A stretch of 64,000 nucleotides of DNA from Pseudomonadota bacterium (GCA_020161145.1 JAIUPQ010000009.1:37781-101780); one strand, 5' to 3'. Positions 22,668 through 33,501 are shown, counted from the stretch's first letter. Notes: generated from the sequence alone by a model not told the origin. Program-made: numbers and translations.

Positions 22668-23311
22668 GGCGCGTCCTCGCCCAGGTGCAGCAGGTCGTGG
22701 GCAAAGCCTTCGAGTTCGGCCTCGCAGGTGGCCAGCCAGGCGTTGAAGCCGTTGTAGGCCAGCACGGCCGGGATGGCCACGGCCAGGCCGGCGGCCGTCA
22801 TGATCAGCGCCTCGCCCACCGGGCCGGCGACGCGCTCGATGCTGGCGCCGCCGCCACCGGCCAGGCCCAGCAGGGCGTGGTAGATGCCCCAGACCGTGCC
22901 AAAGAGGCCGATGAAGGGGGCCGTGGCGCCCACCGAGGCCAGAAAGGCCTGGCCCCGACGCAGGTGGGTGAGCACGGCGTGCAGCGCGTCACGCAGCCGG
23001 CGGGTGCGCTGGGCCTGGTCGCCGCCAGTGGCGTCCAGCGTGCCGCGCACCGGGGCCTCCAGTGCCGCGGCCACCAGCGGCACCAGCACGTGTTCGGCGT
23101 CCAGCGTGGCCAGGCGTTGGTGGGCATCGGCCACAGTGGGGGCTTGCCAGAAGGCGGCCATGCCGCGCTGCATGCCGCGGCGGGCGCGGTGCAGCAGCCA
23201 GCTCTTCCACAGCAGCAGCACCCAGGTGGCGATGGACAGCAGCAGCAGCGTCAGCGCCACGGCGACGCCCACGCCATCGGCCTGAGCCCAGAATCCGTCC
23301 ATGCCGCTCAT
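22664..23311 (-). CDS. exbB: MotA/TolQ/ExbB proton-channel protein
   Basis: Three TM segments and the motif APFIGLFGTVWGI...ALIMTAAGLAVAIPAVLAYN are typical of ExbB/TolQ. Confidence 0.9.
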   Translation of the reverse strand: MSGMDGFWAQADGVGVAVALTLLLLSIATWVLLLWKSWLLHRARRGMQRGMAAFWQAPTVADAHQRLATLDAEHVLVPLVAAALEAPVRGTLDATGGDQAQRTRRLRDALHAVLTHLRRGQAFLASVGATAPFIGLFGTVWGIYHALLGLAGGGGASIERVAGPVGEALIMTAAGLAVAIPAVLAYNGFNAWLATCEAELEGFAHDLLHLGEDAP

Positions 23312-24054
23312 GGGGCGCTCCCGGTCAACACCTGTTGCATGTCATAGAAGCCCGGGGCGGCGGTGGCCACGAAGCGTGCGGCGCGCAGGGCGCCGCTGGC
23401 GTAGATGCCGCGGCCGCTGCTGAGGTGGCGGATTTCGATGCGCTCGCCCTCGCCGGCGAACAGCACGGTGTGTTCACCAATGATGTCGCCGCCGCGCACG
23501 GTGGCAAAGCCGATTTCGTCGTCGGGTCGCTCGCCGGTCTGGCCTTCGCGGGCATACCGGGCCACGTCGGCCAGCCGCTGGCCGCGCGCATGGGCCACGG
23601 CCTCGCCCATGGCCAGTGCGGTGCCGCTGGGGGCATCGACTTTGTGGCGATGGTGGGCTTCGATGACTTCCACGTCCCAGCCTGCCCCGAGGGCGCGCGT
23701 GGCCTGCTCCAGCAGCGCCAGCGCCACGGTGACGCCCACGCTCATGTTGGGCGCCAACACGATGGGGATCTGGGTGGCGGCACGAGCGATGGCGGCGCGC
23801 TGGGCTTCGGTCAGGCCGGTGGTGCCGATGACCATGGCCACGCCACGCGCGGCGCACAGCGGCACGTAGGCGGCCGTGGCTTCGGGGCGGGTGAAGTCGA
23901 TCAGCACCTGGGCGTCGGCCAGCGCGGCGGTCACGTCCGGGGTGTCCTGGCTCAGTGTGGCGACCAATGTGCAGTCGGGTGCGGCCTGCACGGCCTCGAT
24001 CAGCAGCCGGCCCATGCGTCCGCCGGCGCCCGCCACGGCCACGCGCAGCGTCAC
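23308..24054 (-). CDS. dapB: 4-hydroxy-tetrahydrodipicolinate reductase
   Basis: MTLRVAVAGAGGRMGRLLIEAV...LIDFTRPEA...VIGTTGL...EAHHRHKVDAPSGTAL is the DapB signature. Confidence 0.93.
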   Translation of the reverse strand: MTLRVAVAGAGGRMGRLLIEAVQAAPDCTLVATLSQDTPDVTAALADAQVLIDFTRPEATAAYVPLCAARGVAMVIGTTGLTEAQRAAIARAATQIPIVLAPNMSVGVTVALALLEQATRALGAGWDVEVIEAHHRHKVDAPSGTALAMGEAVAHARGQRLADVARYAREGQTGERPDDEIGFATVRGGDIIGEHTVLFAGEGERIEIRHLSSGRGIYASGALRAARFVATAAPGFYDMQQVLTGSAP

Positions 24055-24572
24055 GGCTGTTCCAGCGGCGGGTAGCGACGATTGGCGCCCTGTGGCTCGG
24101 CGGCGGCTGCCGCTGTGGCCGGGGGGGCTGGCACGGGCAGCGCTGCGCGCTGGGCCTCGGTCAGCGCCAGCGTTGGGGGCTGCCCCGACAGGGGGCGGCT
24201 GATGGCGGCCACGAATTCCACCTCACTGGGCAATTCGGGGGCTTCGATGCGGTCCATGTGGTCGCCGGTGAAATACACCACCACGTTGCGCTGCTGCGGC
24301 TCGGTGCCGGGGCGGCGGATCAGGAAGCTGTAGTCCCAGCGGTCGGCATGGAATGGGTCGGCCAGCAGCGGCGAGCCCAGCACGTTGCGCACCTCGTTGC
24401 GGCTGGCGCCGGGTTTGACCCGGGCCATCTGTTCACGGGTGACGACGTTGCCCTGCACCACTTCCACGCGGTAGGGGGTGATGACGCTGGTGATGCCGTC
24501 GCCCATCACACTGGAAACACTGGAGCAACCGGCGATGAGCAAGGTGCCACCAAGGCAGAGTAGAAAACGCAT
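24051..24572 (-). CDS. bamE: outer-membrane protein assembly factor BamE (SmpA/OmlA)
   Basis: ATG at 24572. It has a lipobox (LLCLGGTLLIAGCSS) and a BamE core (QGNVVTREQMARVKPGASRNEVRNVLGSPLLADPFHADRWDY). It is divergent from fur, a known conserved arrangement. Confidence 0.8.
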   Translation of the reverse strand: MRFLLCLGGTLLIAGCSSVSSVMGDGITSVITPYRVEVVQGNVVTREQMARVKPGASRNEVRNVLGSPLLADPFHADRWDYSFLIRRPGTEPQQRNVVVYFTGDHMDRIEAPELPSEVEFVAAISRPLSGQPPTLALTEAQRAALPVPAPPATAAAAAEPQGANRRYPPLEQP

Positions 24573-24646
24573 GACGCTGAGTAGGGCTTTGCCGCGTGGC
24601 CTATGATCGGTCGATTCTAGGATAACGACTCCCCGCCCATCCACGC

Positions 24647-25072
24647 ATGGCCAATCCCGACGAACTCAAAAGCAGCGGCCTCAAGGCCACCGCCCCACGC
24701 CTGCGCATCCTTGGGGTGTTCCAGACGGGCGCCCAGCGGCACATGACGGCCGAAGACGTGTACAAGGTGTTGTTGAGCGAGGGTGCCGACATCGGGCTGG
24801 CCACCGTCTACCGGGTGCTGATGCAGTTCGAGCAGGCGGGCCTCCTGTCGCGCAACCATTTCGAGACTGGCAAGGCCGTGTACGAGCTCAACGAGGGCCA
24901 GCACCACGATCACCTGGTGTGCATGAGTTGCGGCCACGTGGAGGAGTTCTACGACGCCCAGATCGAGACGCGCCAGCGTGCGGTGGCCGAGTCGCGCGGT
25001 TTTGCGCTACACGACCACGCGCTGGCGCTCTACGCCGAGTGCACCAAGAAAAACTGCCCGCATCGGCACTGA
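24647..25072 (+). CDS. fur: ferric uptake regulator
   Basis: LKATAPRLRILGVF...HMTAEDVYK...GLATVYRVLMQFEQAGL...HHDHLVCMSCGHVEEF is canonical Fur. Confidence 0.95.
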   Translation: MANPDELKSSGLKATAPRLRILGVFQTGAQRHMTAEDVYKVLLSEGADIGLATVYRVLMQFEQAGLLSRNHFETGKAVYELNEGQHHDHLVCMSCGHVEEFYDAQIETRQRAVAESRGFALHDHALALYAECTKKNCPHRH

Positions 25073-25077
25073 TACGA

Positions 25078-25170
25078 CTTCGCAATCAAGGCGCTGACTT
25101 CGTTGCGTCGCCTTGCCGTGCTACAGCACTGTCTGCGGCTCCGCGCCTTGTGATCACCTTGATTGCGAAG
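25078..25170. repeat. perfect 14-bp inverted repeat with a 65-nt structured spacer, between convergent fur and hprK
   Basis: CTTCGCAATCAAGG (25078-25091) is the exact reverse complement of CCTTGATTGCGAAG (25157-25170). There is a second nested pairing, AAGGCGC (25089-25095) with GCGCCTT (25143-25149), and an inner GTGC-TACA-GCAC hairpin. Confidence 0.6.
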
Positions 25171-25179
25171 CCGTATGAG

Positions 25180-26160
25180 TTACTCCGCCGGCGGCGGCAC
25201 GAGATCGGCGTCACCGGCCTGGGCCATGGCGGTCTGCTGGCGTTGAATGAATTCCTGGTAGGTGTCGATGCCGCGCAGCTTGAGGATGTGGGCGCGCACG
25301 GCGGCTTCCACCAGCACGGCCAGGTTGCGGCCGGCATCGACGGCAATGGGCACCTTGGGCAGGTCGATGCCCAGCACGTCCTCGGTCATGGGCTCATGGG
25401 GCAGGCGCTCGAAATCGCGCTCCATCACGTCTTTGCGCACCAGATGGACGATGAGTTTGAGCCGCATCTTGCGGCGCACGGCGGTCTCGCCAAAGATGGC
25501 GCGGATGTCCAGCAGGCCGATGCCGCGCACCTCCAGCAAGTTGCGCAGCAACTCGGGGCAGCGGCCTTCGAGGGTGGTCTGCGAGACGCGGTAGATATCC
25601 ACCGCGTCGTCGGCCACCAGGCCGTGGCCACGCGAGATCAGCTCCAGCCCCAACTCGCTTTTGCCCAGGCCCGACTCGCCGGTGATCAGCACGCCCAGGC
25701 CCAGGATGTCCATGAACACGCCGTGGCGCGTCAGGCGGTTGGCCATGCGCTGGCCCAGGTGGGAGCGCAGCACGTCGATGACGTGACCTGCCGAATGTTG
25801 GGTCTGGAACAGCGGGATTTCGGCGTTGTCGCACAGGGCGACCAGCCGGTCCGGCGCCTGTTGGCCGTCGGCCACGACGATGGCCGGCGGCTCCAGCTCG
25901 ACGATGCGCTGGATGCGGCGTTGTTGGCCGGCGTCGTCGGTGTTGCACAGATAGGCCACCTCGCGCTCGCCCACCACCTGCACGCGGTAAGGGTGGATGT
26001 AGTTCAGATAGCCCACCAGGTCGGCGCTGGCGTGGGCGCGGCGCACGGCCGCCTCGTCGAAGCGCCGCTGCGGGTGGGTATGACCCGCAATCCAGGCCCA
26101 CTTGAGTGGGTCAGCCAGGTCCAGAAACAGTGCCTCGGCACTGAGGACGATGGGCTTCAC
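25180..26160 (-). CDS. hprK: HPr kinase/phosphorylase
   Basis: Walker A ([30 protein letters not shown]) and the signature [16 protein letters not shown]. Confidence 0.9.
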   Translation of the reverse strand: MKPIVLSAEALFLDLADPLKWAWIAGHTHPQRRFDEAAVRRAHASADLVGYLNYIHPYRVQVVGEREVAYLCNTDDAGQQRRIQRIVELEPPAIVVADGQQAPDRLVALCDNAEIPLFQTQHSAGHVIDVLRSHLGQRMANRLTRHGVFMDILGLGVLITGESGLGKSELGLELISRGHGLVADDAVDIYRVSQTTLEGRCPELLRNLLEVRGIGLLDIRAIFGETAVRRKMRLKLIVHLVRKDVMERDFERLPHEPMTEDVLGIDLPKVPIAVDAGRNLAVLVEAAVRAHILKLRGIDTYQEFIQRQQTAMAQAGDADLVPPPAE

Positions 26161-26167
26161 GCCGAGG

Positions 26168-26638
26168 TCACGCCGTGGACTTGACCGGTTGCCAACCGCT
26201 GATCAGGCGGTGCACGTCGGCCGCCAGCGGCACGGTCAGCAGTTGCTCGCGCAGGTCGCGGTCGGACAGCAACTCGGCAATCTCGGAAAGGATTTCAAGG
26301 TGCCGCTGCGTGGCGGCTTCAGGCACCAGCAAGAAAATCATCAGCGCCACCGGTTCGTCGTCCGGCGCGTCAAAAGGCATGGGCGTCTTGACCCGCAGCA
26401 CCGCAGCCAATGGACTTTTGAGGCCTTTGATGCGGCCATGCGGTACGGCCACACCATGGCCCAGGCCGGTAGAGCCCAGGCGCTCGCGAGCGAACAGGTT
26501 GTCGGTCACGGTGGCGCGGGCCACGGCGTGCTGATTCTCGAAAAGCAGGCCGGCGTGTTCAAACGCGCGTTTTTTGCTGGTGGCGTCCACGTCTACCAAC
26601 ACGTTGTCGGCAGGCAGGATCGCGGCAAGACGGTTCAT
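26168..26638 (-). CDS. ptsN: PTS(Ntr) EIIA nitrogen-regulatory protein
   Basis: [27 protein letters not shown]...[14 protein letters not shown] is the EIIA(Ntr) pattern. It sits between hpf and hprK. Confidence 0.9.
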   Translation of the reverse strand: MNRLAAILPADNVLVDVDATSKKRAFEHAGLLFENQHAVARATVTDNLFARERLGSTGLGHGVAVPHGRIKGLKSPLAAVLRVKTPMPFDAPDDEPVALMIFLLVPEAATQRHLEILSEIAELLSDRDLREQLLTVPLAADVHRLISGWQPVKSTA

Positions 26639-26798
26639 GGCAGACCCTCGCGGGACAAATGGCTGGCGATTATAGGAAGCAGGCGCCAGCGCAACACGCC
26701 TTTACACGCACTTTGCTGCAATGCAGCAACACCGGAAGCGAGAACGGGACGCCGAGGTGTCCGGCGTCCCGTTTGGCAGCAAGGCCGTACAACGGCAA

Positions 26799-27146
26799 TC
26801 AGCCCGTGTGCAACTCGCCCTGGCGTTTGGCGGTCACGTGGCCGTGGTCTTGCAGCCTGTCCTTGTGGCGCACGACTTGACGGTCGAGCTTGTCCATCAG
26901 CTGGTCGATGGCGGCGTAGAGATCCTCGTGCATCTGCTCGGCGAACAGGTCGCGGCCTTTGACGCGCAGCGTCACTTCGGCCTTCTGGCGTCGCTCTTTC
27001 TCACGGTTCTTCTCCACGCTGAGCAACACGGTGACGTCCACCACCTGGTCGAAGTGCCGCAGCACCCGTTCCAGCTTGGTGTGCACGTACTCGCGCAGCG
27101 CCGGGGTTACGTCCAGATGATGACCGCTGATCGTCAGGTTCATCAA
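26799..27146 (-). CDS. hpf: ribosome hibernation-promoting factor
   Basis: [45 protein letters not shown] is the classic HPF/YfiA N-terminus. Confidence 0.9.
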   Translation of the reverse strand: MMNLTISGHHLDVTPALREYVHTKLERVLRHFDQVVDVTVLLSVEKNREKERRQKAEVTLRVKGRDLFAEQMHEDLYAAIDQLMDKLDRQVVRHKDRLQDHGHVTAKRQGELHTG

Positions 27147-27269
27147 GGCCTCCTTTCAAAAAGGGGTGAAAGAAACAGAGTCGGCGCAGCCAGTTTGCGC
27201 TGGTTCGGTGGATTTGACAAGGCGAGCTCATGCCAAGTCCGTCACACAGGCAGGGGATACCATGGCGGC

Positions 27270-28079
27270 ATGTCCGAGCCTTCCTTGCGCCGCGCGGTGC
27301 TGGTGCCGCTGGCCCTAGCCGACCCCGTCCACAAGGCCCAGGCCACCCTGGCACTGCCCACCGATCTGCCGGTGGGGGCGCTTGAGGTGCTGACGTCTCC
27401 CCAAGGTATTCCCGGGCGGCCCGTTCGGCCTCGGCTGGTGCCCCACACGGCGCTGCGCGCCCGCGGCGTGGGCACGCGGGAAGGGCGGGCGGCGCTGATC
27501 CACGCGCTGGCCCATATCGAACTCAACGCCATCGATCTGGCGCTGGACATCTGCTGGCGCTTTCCCGGCCTGCCCGATGCCTTCTACACCGACTGGCTGC
27601 GGGTGGCGCGCGAGGAGGCGCTGCATTTCACGCTGCTGCGCGAGCATCTGCTGGGGCTGGGCTTCGACTACGGCGACTTCGATGCCCATGCCGCGCTTTG
27701 GGAGATGGCCCAGCGCACGGCGCACGACGTGCTGGCGCGTCTGGCGCTGGTGCCGCGCACGCTGGAGGCGCGGGGGCTGGACGCCAGCCCGGCCGTGCGC
27801 GCCAAGCTGGCGGGCGTGGGCGATGCGCGCGGGGCCGACATCATCGACCTCATCCTGCGCGACGAAATCGGCCACGTGGCCATTGGCAACCGCTGGTACC
27901 GCCATGTCTGTGCCGAGCGCGGGCTGGAGCCCGTCGCCACCTATGCCGAGCTGGCGCGCACCCACGAAGCCCCGCGCCTGCGCGGCCCGTTCAACTGGGC
28001 GGCCCGGCGCGCGGCAGGCTTTGAGGTGGCCGAGCTGGCTGCGCTGGGCGATAATCCGCCGCTTCACCACCTCGAGTGA
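27270..28079 (+). CDS. DUF455-family ferritin-like protein
   Basis: ATG at 27270. ALIHALAHIELNAIDLALD...EEALHF...LRDEIGHVAIGNRWY shows paired E/H metal-ligand-like helices as in DUF455. Confidence 0.7.
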   Translation: MSEPSLRRAVLVPLALADPVHKAQATLALPTDLPVGALEVLTSPQGIPGRPVRPRLVPHTALRARGVGTREGRAALIHALAHIELNAIDLALDICWRFPGLPDAFYTDWLRVAREEALHFTLLREHLLGLGFDYGDFDAHAALWEMAQRTAHDVLARLALVPRTLEARGLDASPAVRAKLAGVGDARGADIIDLILRDEIGHVAIGNRWYRHVCAERGLEPVATYAELARTHEAPRLRGPFNWAARRAAGFEVAELAALGDNPPLHHLE

Positions 28080-28224
28080 TTCCGACCTTGGACAGTTGCC
28101 ACCCTCGGTGACCGTCCGCCTTTGCTGAGCGCAGCCTGCGCGGCCGGGGCGAGACGGTGCCCCACCCTCCCGCCCTGCAATGGCGCGCGGCCCTCGCCGC
28201 GCGCGCACCGCTGCTTCGTTGCCC

Positions 28225-29190
28225 ATGCTCAATGTCTTCACCCTGGAAAATGGCCGCCTGCTGCAAGAGGAAATCACCTCGGCAGCCGAGCTTGCGCCCC
28301 TCAACCCCGTCTGGGTCGATCTGGAGATACCGACGGCCGACGAGCTCGGCTGGATCGCCCAGCGTTTTGGCCTGAACATCCCCACCAACGTTGACGACGA
28401 CGATCTGGAGGAGTCCGCCCGCTTCTACGAGGAAGACAACGGCGAGGTCCACATCCGCTCGGACTTCCTGATCGACGTGGACGAGGCGCCGCGCAACGTG
28501 CGCGTGGGTTTCATCCTGCAAGGCGGCGTGCTGTTTTCGGTGCACAGCGAGGATTTGCCGGTGTTTCGCCTGCTGCGGCTGCGGGCGCGGCGCACGCCGG
28601 CCTACGTCAGCGATGCCAAAGACGTGCTGCTGGGGCTGTACGACGCCGATGCCGAGTACTCGGCCGATGCGCTGGAAGGCATTTACGACCACCTTGACCG
28701 CGTCAGCGCCCGCGTGCTGCAGGAAGAGAAGATGGACGACGCCACCGCCAGCGAGGTGCTGTCGGCCATTGCCCACGAAGAGGACCTGAACGGCCGCATC
28801 CGCCGCAACGTGATGGACACGCGCCGCGCGGTCAGCTTCATGATGCGCAGCCGCATGCTCAGCGCCGACCAGTTCGAGGAGGCGCGCCAGATCATGCGCG
28901 ACATTGACTCGCTGGACTCGCACACCGCGTTTCTGTTCGACAAGATCAACTTCCTGATGGACGCCACCGTGGGTTTCATCAACATCAACCAGAACAAGAT
29001 CATCAAGCTGTTTTCGGTCGCCTCGGTGGCGCTGCTGCCGCCCACGCTGATCGCCAGCATCTACGGCATGAACTTCAAGTACATGCCCGAGCTGGAGTGG
29101 CAGCTGGGCTACCCGTTTGCGCTGGGGCTGATGCTGGTGTCGGTGGCCACGCCGTTCATCTACTTCTATCGCAAGGGGTGGTTGGGATGA
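28225..29190 (+). CDS. corA: magnesium/cobalt transporter CorA
   Basis: MLNVFTLENGRL... with the C-terminal signature YGMNFKYMPEL and two terminal TM helices. Confidence 0.9.
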   Translation: MLNVFTLENGRLLQEEITSAAELAPLNPVWVDLEIPTADELGWIAQRFGLNIPTNVDDDDLEESARFYEEDNGEVHIRSDFLIDVDEAPRNVRVGFILQGGVLFSVHSEDLPVFRLLRLRARRTPAYVSDAKDVLLGLYDADAEYSADALEGIYDHLDRVSARVLQEEKMDDATASEVLSAIAHEEDLNGRIRRNVMDTRRAVSFMMRSRMLSADQFEEARQIMRDIDSLDSHTAFLFDKINFLMDATVGFININQNKIIKLFSVASVALLPPTLIASIYGMNFKYMPELEWQLGYPFALGLMLVSVATPFIYFYRKGWLG

Positions 29191-29513
29191 GGGCCACCGC
29201 TGCGCTGTGTGTGCTCGCGCTGCTGACGCAGCCGGCCTGGGCGGCGGATGACGAGCCGACCACCTACGTGGCCTTCGTGCAGGAGCCCGCCGCCCGCTGT
29301 GTGCAACTGGGCGGCATGCAGGTCTTGGTCAAGAGCACCCACCCCAGCCGCGCCATCCAGATCTGGCTGGATCGCTACCAACTGGGCGTAGGCACCGGTG
29401 ACCGCTCGCGCGCGCTGCTCGCGCCCGGGGGTGAGCCCGAGCCCTTGGGCTGCACCCAGAACCTGACCGGCGCCCAGGAGTGGCGGCTCGCGCGCGCGCG
29501 GTTTGCCGAATGA
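29187..29513 (+). CDS. hypothetical small secreted protein
   Basis: ATG at 29187 overlaps the corA stop. It has a signal peptide ([19 protein letters not shown]) and two Cys, with no recognisable family. Confidence 0.45.
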   Translation: MRATAALCVLALLTQPAWAADDEPTTYVAFVQEPAARCVQLGGMQVLVKSTHPSRAIQIWLDRYQLGVGTGDRSRALLAPGGEPEPLGCTQNLTGAQEWRLARARFAE

Positions 29514-30580
29514 AGCGCGAACGCGTCGTCGTTGGCCTCTCGGGGGGGGTGGACTCTGCGGTCTCGGCCTGGCTGCTCAAGCGGCAAGGCCATGAGGTCG
29601 TGGGCTTGTTCATGAAGAACTGGGAGGATGACGACGACGACGCCTACTGCTCGTCGCGTCAGGACTTCATCGATGCCGCCAGCGTGGCCGACGTGCTGGG
29701 CATCGAGATCGAGCACGTCAACTTTGCTGCCGACTACAAAGACCGCGTGTTTGCCGAATTCCTGCGCGAGTACGCGGCCGGGCGCACGCCCAACCCCGAC
29801 GTGCTGTGCAACGCCGAGATCAAGTTCAAGGCCTTTCTCGACCATGCCGTCGCGCTGGGCGCCGAGGCCATCGCCACCGGCCACTACGCCCGCTTGCGGC
29901 GCACGGGCAATGCGGTGCAACTGCTCAAGGGACTGGATCCGCTCAAAGACCAGAGCTACTTCCTGCACCGGCTGACGCAGGCCCAGCTGGCGCGCGTGCG
30001 CTTCCCGGTGGGCGAGTTGCCCAAGACCGAGGTGCGCCGCATCGCGGCCGAGATCGGCCTGCCCAATGCCCGCAAGAAAGACTCCACCGGCATCTGCTTC
30101 ATTGGCGAGCGGCCGTTTCGCGAGTTCCTGTCGCGCTACCTGAGTCAGGCACCCGGGCCCATCGTGGACGACACGGGGCTTGAAATCGGTCAGCACGTCG
30201 GCCTGTCGTTCTACACCCTGGGGCAGCGCCAGGGGCTGGGCATAGGCGGCGTCAAGGGGGCGCCCGAGGCGCCGTGGTTCGTCGCGCGCAAAGACGTGGC
30301 CGCCAACACCTTGGTGGCCGTGCAAGGCCACGACCACCCCTGGTTGCTGACGCCGCAGCTGGAGGCCGACCAGACCAGCTGGGTGGCCGGCGAGCTGCCC
30401 GCGCCGGGTCGCTATGCCGCCAAGACCCGCTACCGCCAGGCCGACGCGGCCTGCACATATGCACCGACCCAGAACGGTCTGGCACTGAGTTTCGATGCGC
30501 CGCAGTGGGCGGTGACGCCGGGGCAGTCTGCCGTGCTTTACGACGGCGACGTCTGCCTGGGCGGCGGCCTCATCAGTTGA
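29510..30580 (+). CDS. mnmA: tRNA 2-thiouridine(34) synthase
   Basis: [42 protein letters not shown] contains a PP-loop (SGGVDS), with ...ATGHYAR downstream. Confidence 0.95.
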   Translation: MKRERVVVGLSGGVDSAVSAWLLKRQGHEVVGLFMKNWEDDDDDAYCSSRQDFIDAASVADVLGIEIEHVNFAADYKDRVFAEFLREYAAGRTPNPDVLCNAEIKFKAFLDHAVALGAEAIATGHYARLRRTGNAVQLLKGLDPLKDQSYFLHRLTQAQLARVRFPVGELPKTEVRRIAAEIGLPNARKKDSTGICFIGERPFREFLSRYLSQAPGPIVDDTGLEIGQHVGLSFYTLGQRQGLGIGGVKGAPEAPWFVARKDVAANTLVAVQGHDHPWLLTPQLEADQTSWVAGELPAPGRYAAKTRYRQADAACTYAPTQNGLALSFDAPQWAVTPGQSAVLYDGDVCLGGGLIS

Positions 30581-31151
30581 GGCCGACCAGCCCCTTGAGG
30601 TGATCGGTGTCCAGCGCGCCCGAGGTCTGGCCGTGCTCGCCGGTCTTGCCGTTGCGGTAGACGACCAGCGGCACGCTGGTGGAGCCCAGCTTGTTCAGGA
30701 TGTCGGTGTTCTCGCGCACCTGGGCCAGCACGGCCTCGGGCAGGTCTTTGGCCGGCGTGATGCCCGGGCCTTGCGCCAGCACCGAGGCCTCGTGTGCGCT
30801 CATGGCCGCCGCCGGATCGGCGCTGGCCAGGATGGTGGCACCTTGCGGTAGCGACTGCGGGCGCAGCAGACCCACCGGCATCCACACCATCTTCACCTGG
30901 CCCAGCAGCGGCTGGCTGTTCTGCCACAGTTGGGCGCAGTGCGGGCAGGTGGTGTCGAAGTACACGTAGATGGTGTTGGCCGCCATCATCGAGCCCACGG
31001 TGAAGCCGTGGCCTTTGGCCGCCAGCGCATAGGCATCGGCGGTGTTGGCCGGCGCGGGCACGGTGGCCGTCGCCGATGCGGGTTCAGCCGGTTTGTCGGA
31101 GCAGGCGGCCAGCGCCAACGCGGCGGCCAGGGTCAGGGCAAGTCGTCTCAT
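30573..31151 (-). CDS. thioredoxin-fold thiol:disulfide oxidoreductase lipoprotein (DsbA/DsbG-like)
   Basis: Lipobox (LALAACSDK) and a CPHC active site ([13 protein letters not shown]). Confidence 0.75.
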   Translation of the reverse strand: MRRLALTLAAALALAACSDKPAEPASATATVPAPANTADAYALAAKGHGFTVGSMMAANTIYVYFDTTCPHCAQLWQNSQPLLGQVKMVWMPVGLLRPQSLPQGATILASADPAAAMSAHEASVLAQGPGITPAKDLPEAVLAQVRENTDILNKLGSTSVPLVVYRNGKTGEHGQTSGALDTDHLKGLVGLN

Positions 31152-31768
31152 GGGGCAGGCGGTGCGGTGGTGATGAAGCTGGGGCGCGCCATCAGTTTGT
31201 CGTAAAGGCGTTGCAGCTTGGGCCGCTGCTCGCGCCAGGCCAGCTCGGGGTGGCGCAGGTCGATATAGCCCAGCGCACAGCCGGTGGCGATGTCGGCCAG
31301 CGTCAAATGGATGCCCAGGCAGAAAGGCTGGTCGTCGGCCAGGCCCCGCTCCATGGCGTCCAGTGCCGAGTGGATGCGCGAAAACTGCCGCGCCACCCAG
31401 ACCTCGCTGCGCTGCTCGGCGGTGCGGCCGGCCCAGTGGCGCTCCAGATAGGCGCTGACGCAGGCGTCCAGCACACCATCGGCCAGCGCCTCCCAGGTGC
31501 GCACGGCGACGCGCTCACGGCCGCTGGCGGGCAGCAGCCGGCCCACGGGGGAGAGCGTGTCCACGTACTCGCAGATCACGCGCGAGTCGAACACGGCGTC
31601 GCTGCCATCCATCACCAGGCAGGGCACCTTGCCCAGCGGGTTGACGGCCAGCATGCCGTCGCCGGCCCAGACGTTTTCCAGCACGAACTGGACGTCCAGT
31701 TTCTTTTCGGCCAGCACCACGCGCACCTTGCGGACGAACGGGCTGGTCAGGGAGCCATAAAGCTTCAT
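31148..31768 (-). CDS. glutathione S-transferase family protein
   Basis: MKLYGSLTSPFVRKVRVVLAEKKL...NPLGKVPCLV...DSRVICEYVD is an N-terminal GST fold. Confidence 0.85.
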   Translation of the reverse strand: MKLYGSLTSPFVRKVRVVLAEKKLDVQFVLENVWAGDGMLAVNPLGKVPCLVMDGSDAVFDSRVICEYVDTLSPVGRLLPASGRERVAVRTWEALADGVLDACVSAYLERHWAGRTAEQRSEVWVARQFSRIHSALDAMERGLADDQPFCLGIHLTLADIATGCALGYIDLRHPELAWREQRPKLQRLYDKLMARPSFITTAPPAP

Positions 31769-31827
31769 GGGCGCAAAAGTAACGACACGATGCGGCGATT
31801 CTGCCAGCGCCGCCAGCGGTGGCGTGC

Positions 31828-33501
31828 TCAGCCGCGCAGCTCGCGCCGCAGGATCTTGCCCACCGGGGTCTTGGGCAACTCGGTGCGGAACTCGACGATG
31901 TGCGGGCGTTTGTAGCCCGTCAGGTTGTCGTGTGCCCAGGCCTTGACCGTCGCCTCGGTCAGGCTCTGGTCTTTCTTGACGATGACGATCTTGACCGCTT
32001 CGCCCGTGCGTTCATCGGGCACGCCCACGGCGGCGCATTCCAGCACGCCGGGCATCTGGCTGATCACTTCCTCGACCTCATTGGGGTAGACGTTGAAGCC
32101 CGACACCAGAATCATGTCTTTCTTGCGATCGACGATGCGGAAGTAGCCCTTCTCGTCCATGGTGCCGATGTCGCCGGTGCGGAAAAACCCATCGGCTGTC
32201 ATCACCTTGGCCGTCTCATCGGGCCGCTGCCAATAGCCGGCCATCACCTGCGGGCCGCGGATGGCGATCTCGCCGCGCTCGCCCTGCGGCACGGGTGCGC
32301 CTGCGTCGTCCAGCAGCGCCATGTCGGTGTTGGGCACCGGCAGGCCGATGGAGCCGGTGAAGGCTGTGGCGTCGGTGGCGTTGCACGAGGCCACCGGCGA
32401 GGTCTCGGACAGGCCGTAGCCCTCGCAGATGGCGCAGCCCGTGGCCTCCAGCCAGCGCTTGGCCGTGATCTGCTGCACCGACATGCCGCCACCCACCGAG
32501 ATCAGCAGGTTGCGCCAGTTCACCGTGTTGAACTGCGGGTGGTTGAGCATGGCCGCAAACAGCGTGTTGACGGCCGGGAAACAGTGCACGGTCTCGGTCG
32601 AGAGCGCCTTGAACGTCGCCGGCAGGTCGCGCGGGTTGGGGATCAGCACGTTGCGCCCGCCGATCTGTGTCCACAGCAGCAGGTTCACCGTCAGGCCGAA
32701 GATGTGATAAAGCGGCAAGGCAGCCACCGCCGTCAGCACCGTGTCGGGCGGCACTTTGCGCAGGCCTGGCTGGAACCAGGCCTCGGCCTGCATCACGTTG
32801 GCCACCATGTTGCGGTTGAGCAGCACCGCCCCCTTGCTCACGCCCGTGGTGCCGCCGGTGTACTGCAGCACCGCGATGTCATCGCCCGTCAATGGCGGGC
32901 GGCTGTACCTGGGCAAGGTGGCGCCGCGCGCCAGCGCGGCATTCCAGCGCACCGCACCGGGCAGGTCGAAGGCCGGCACCAGCTTCTTGACGTGGCGCAC
33001 CACCAGGTTGACGATGCCTCCCTTGAGGGTGCCCAGCAGGTCGCCCATCGCCGTCAGCACCACGTGCTGCGTGGGCACACGCGCGCGCACCTGCTCCAGG
33101 GTGTGGGCAAAGTTTTCCAGGATGACGATGGCCTTGGCGCCCGAATCCTTGAGCTGGTGCTCCAACTCGCGCGGCGTATACAGCGGGTTGACGCTGACCA
33201 GCACCATGCCCGCCCGCAGCACACCCGCCACCGCCACCGGATACTGCGGCACGTTGGGCATCATCACCGCCACCCGGTCGCCGGGCGCCAGCTTCAGTTC
33301 GTGCTGCAAATAGGCCGCAAACTGCGCGCTGGCGCGGTCCACGTCGGCAAACGACCACCGCTTGCCCATGAACACATACGCCTCTTTGGCCGCATGCCGC
33401 CCGTAAGCTTGCTCCAGCAGGTCGGCCAGCGTCGCATAGCGATCCACGTCCACCTGCGCCGGCACGCCCGACGGATACGACTGCAACCAGGGTTTGTCCA
33501 T
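31828..33501 (-). CDS. fadD: long-chain-fatty-acid--CoA ligase
   Basis: ATG at 33501 (MDKPWLQSYPSGVP...). AMP-binding motifs are LQYTGGTTGVSKGAVL, GYGLSETSP, TGDIG and PKTPVGKILRRELR. Confidence 0.9.
   Translation of the reverse strand: MDKPWLQSYPSGVPAQVDVDRYATLADLLEQAYGRHAAKEAYVFMGKRWSFADVDRASAQFAAYLQHELKLAPGDRVAVMMPNVPQYPVAVAGVLRAGMVLVSVNPLYTPRELEHQLKDSGAKAIVILENFAHTLEQVRARVPTQHVVLTAMGDLLGTLKGGIVNLVVRHVKKLVPAFDLPGAVRWNAALARGATLPRYSRPPLTGDDIAVLQYTGGTTGVSKGAVLLNRNMVANVMQAEAWFQPGLRKVPPDTVLTAVAALPLYHIFGLTVNLLLWTQIGGRNVLIPNPRDLPATFKALSTETVHCFPAVNTLFAAMLNHPQFNTVNWRNLLISVGGGMSVQQITAKRWLEATGCAICEGYGLSETSPVASCNATDATAFTGSIGLPVPNTDMALLDDAGAPVPQGERGEIAIRGPQVMAGYWQRPDETAKVMTADGFFRTGDIGTMDEKGYFRIVDRKKDMILVSGFNVYPNEVEEVISQMPGVLECAAVGVPDERTGEAVKIVIVKKDQSLTEATVKAWAHDNLTGYKRPHIVEFRTELPKTPVGKILRRELRG

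Noticed and set aside
24573-24646. A Fur box in the bamE-fur divergent region and upstream of the TonB-dependent receptor (2314-2473).
   Set aside because: Only weak partial matches were found (for example GGATAACGA) to the GATAATGATAATCATTATC consensus. That is not enough to call by eye, and a PWM scan would be needed.
27147-27269. Expected rpoN immediately upstream of hpf-ptsN-hprK.
   Set aside because: It is not present. The upstream neighbour is a divergent DUF455 gene, so rpoN must lie elsewhere in the genome. This is not unusual enough to report as a finding.
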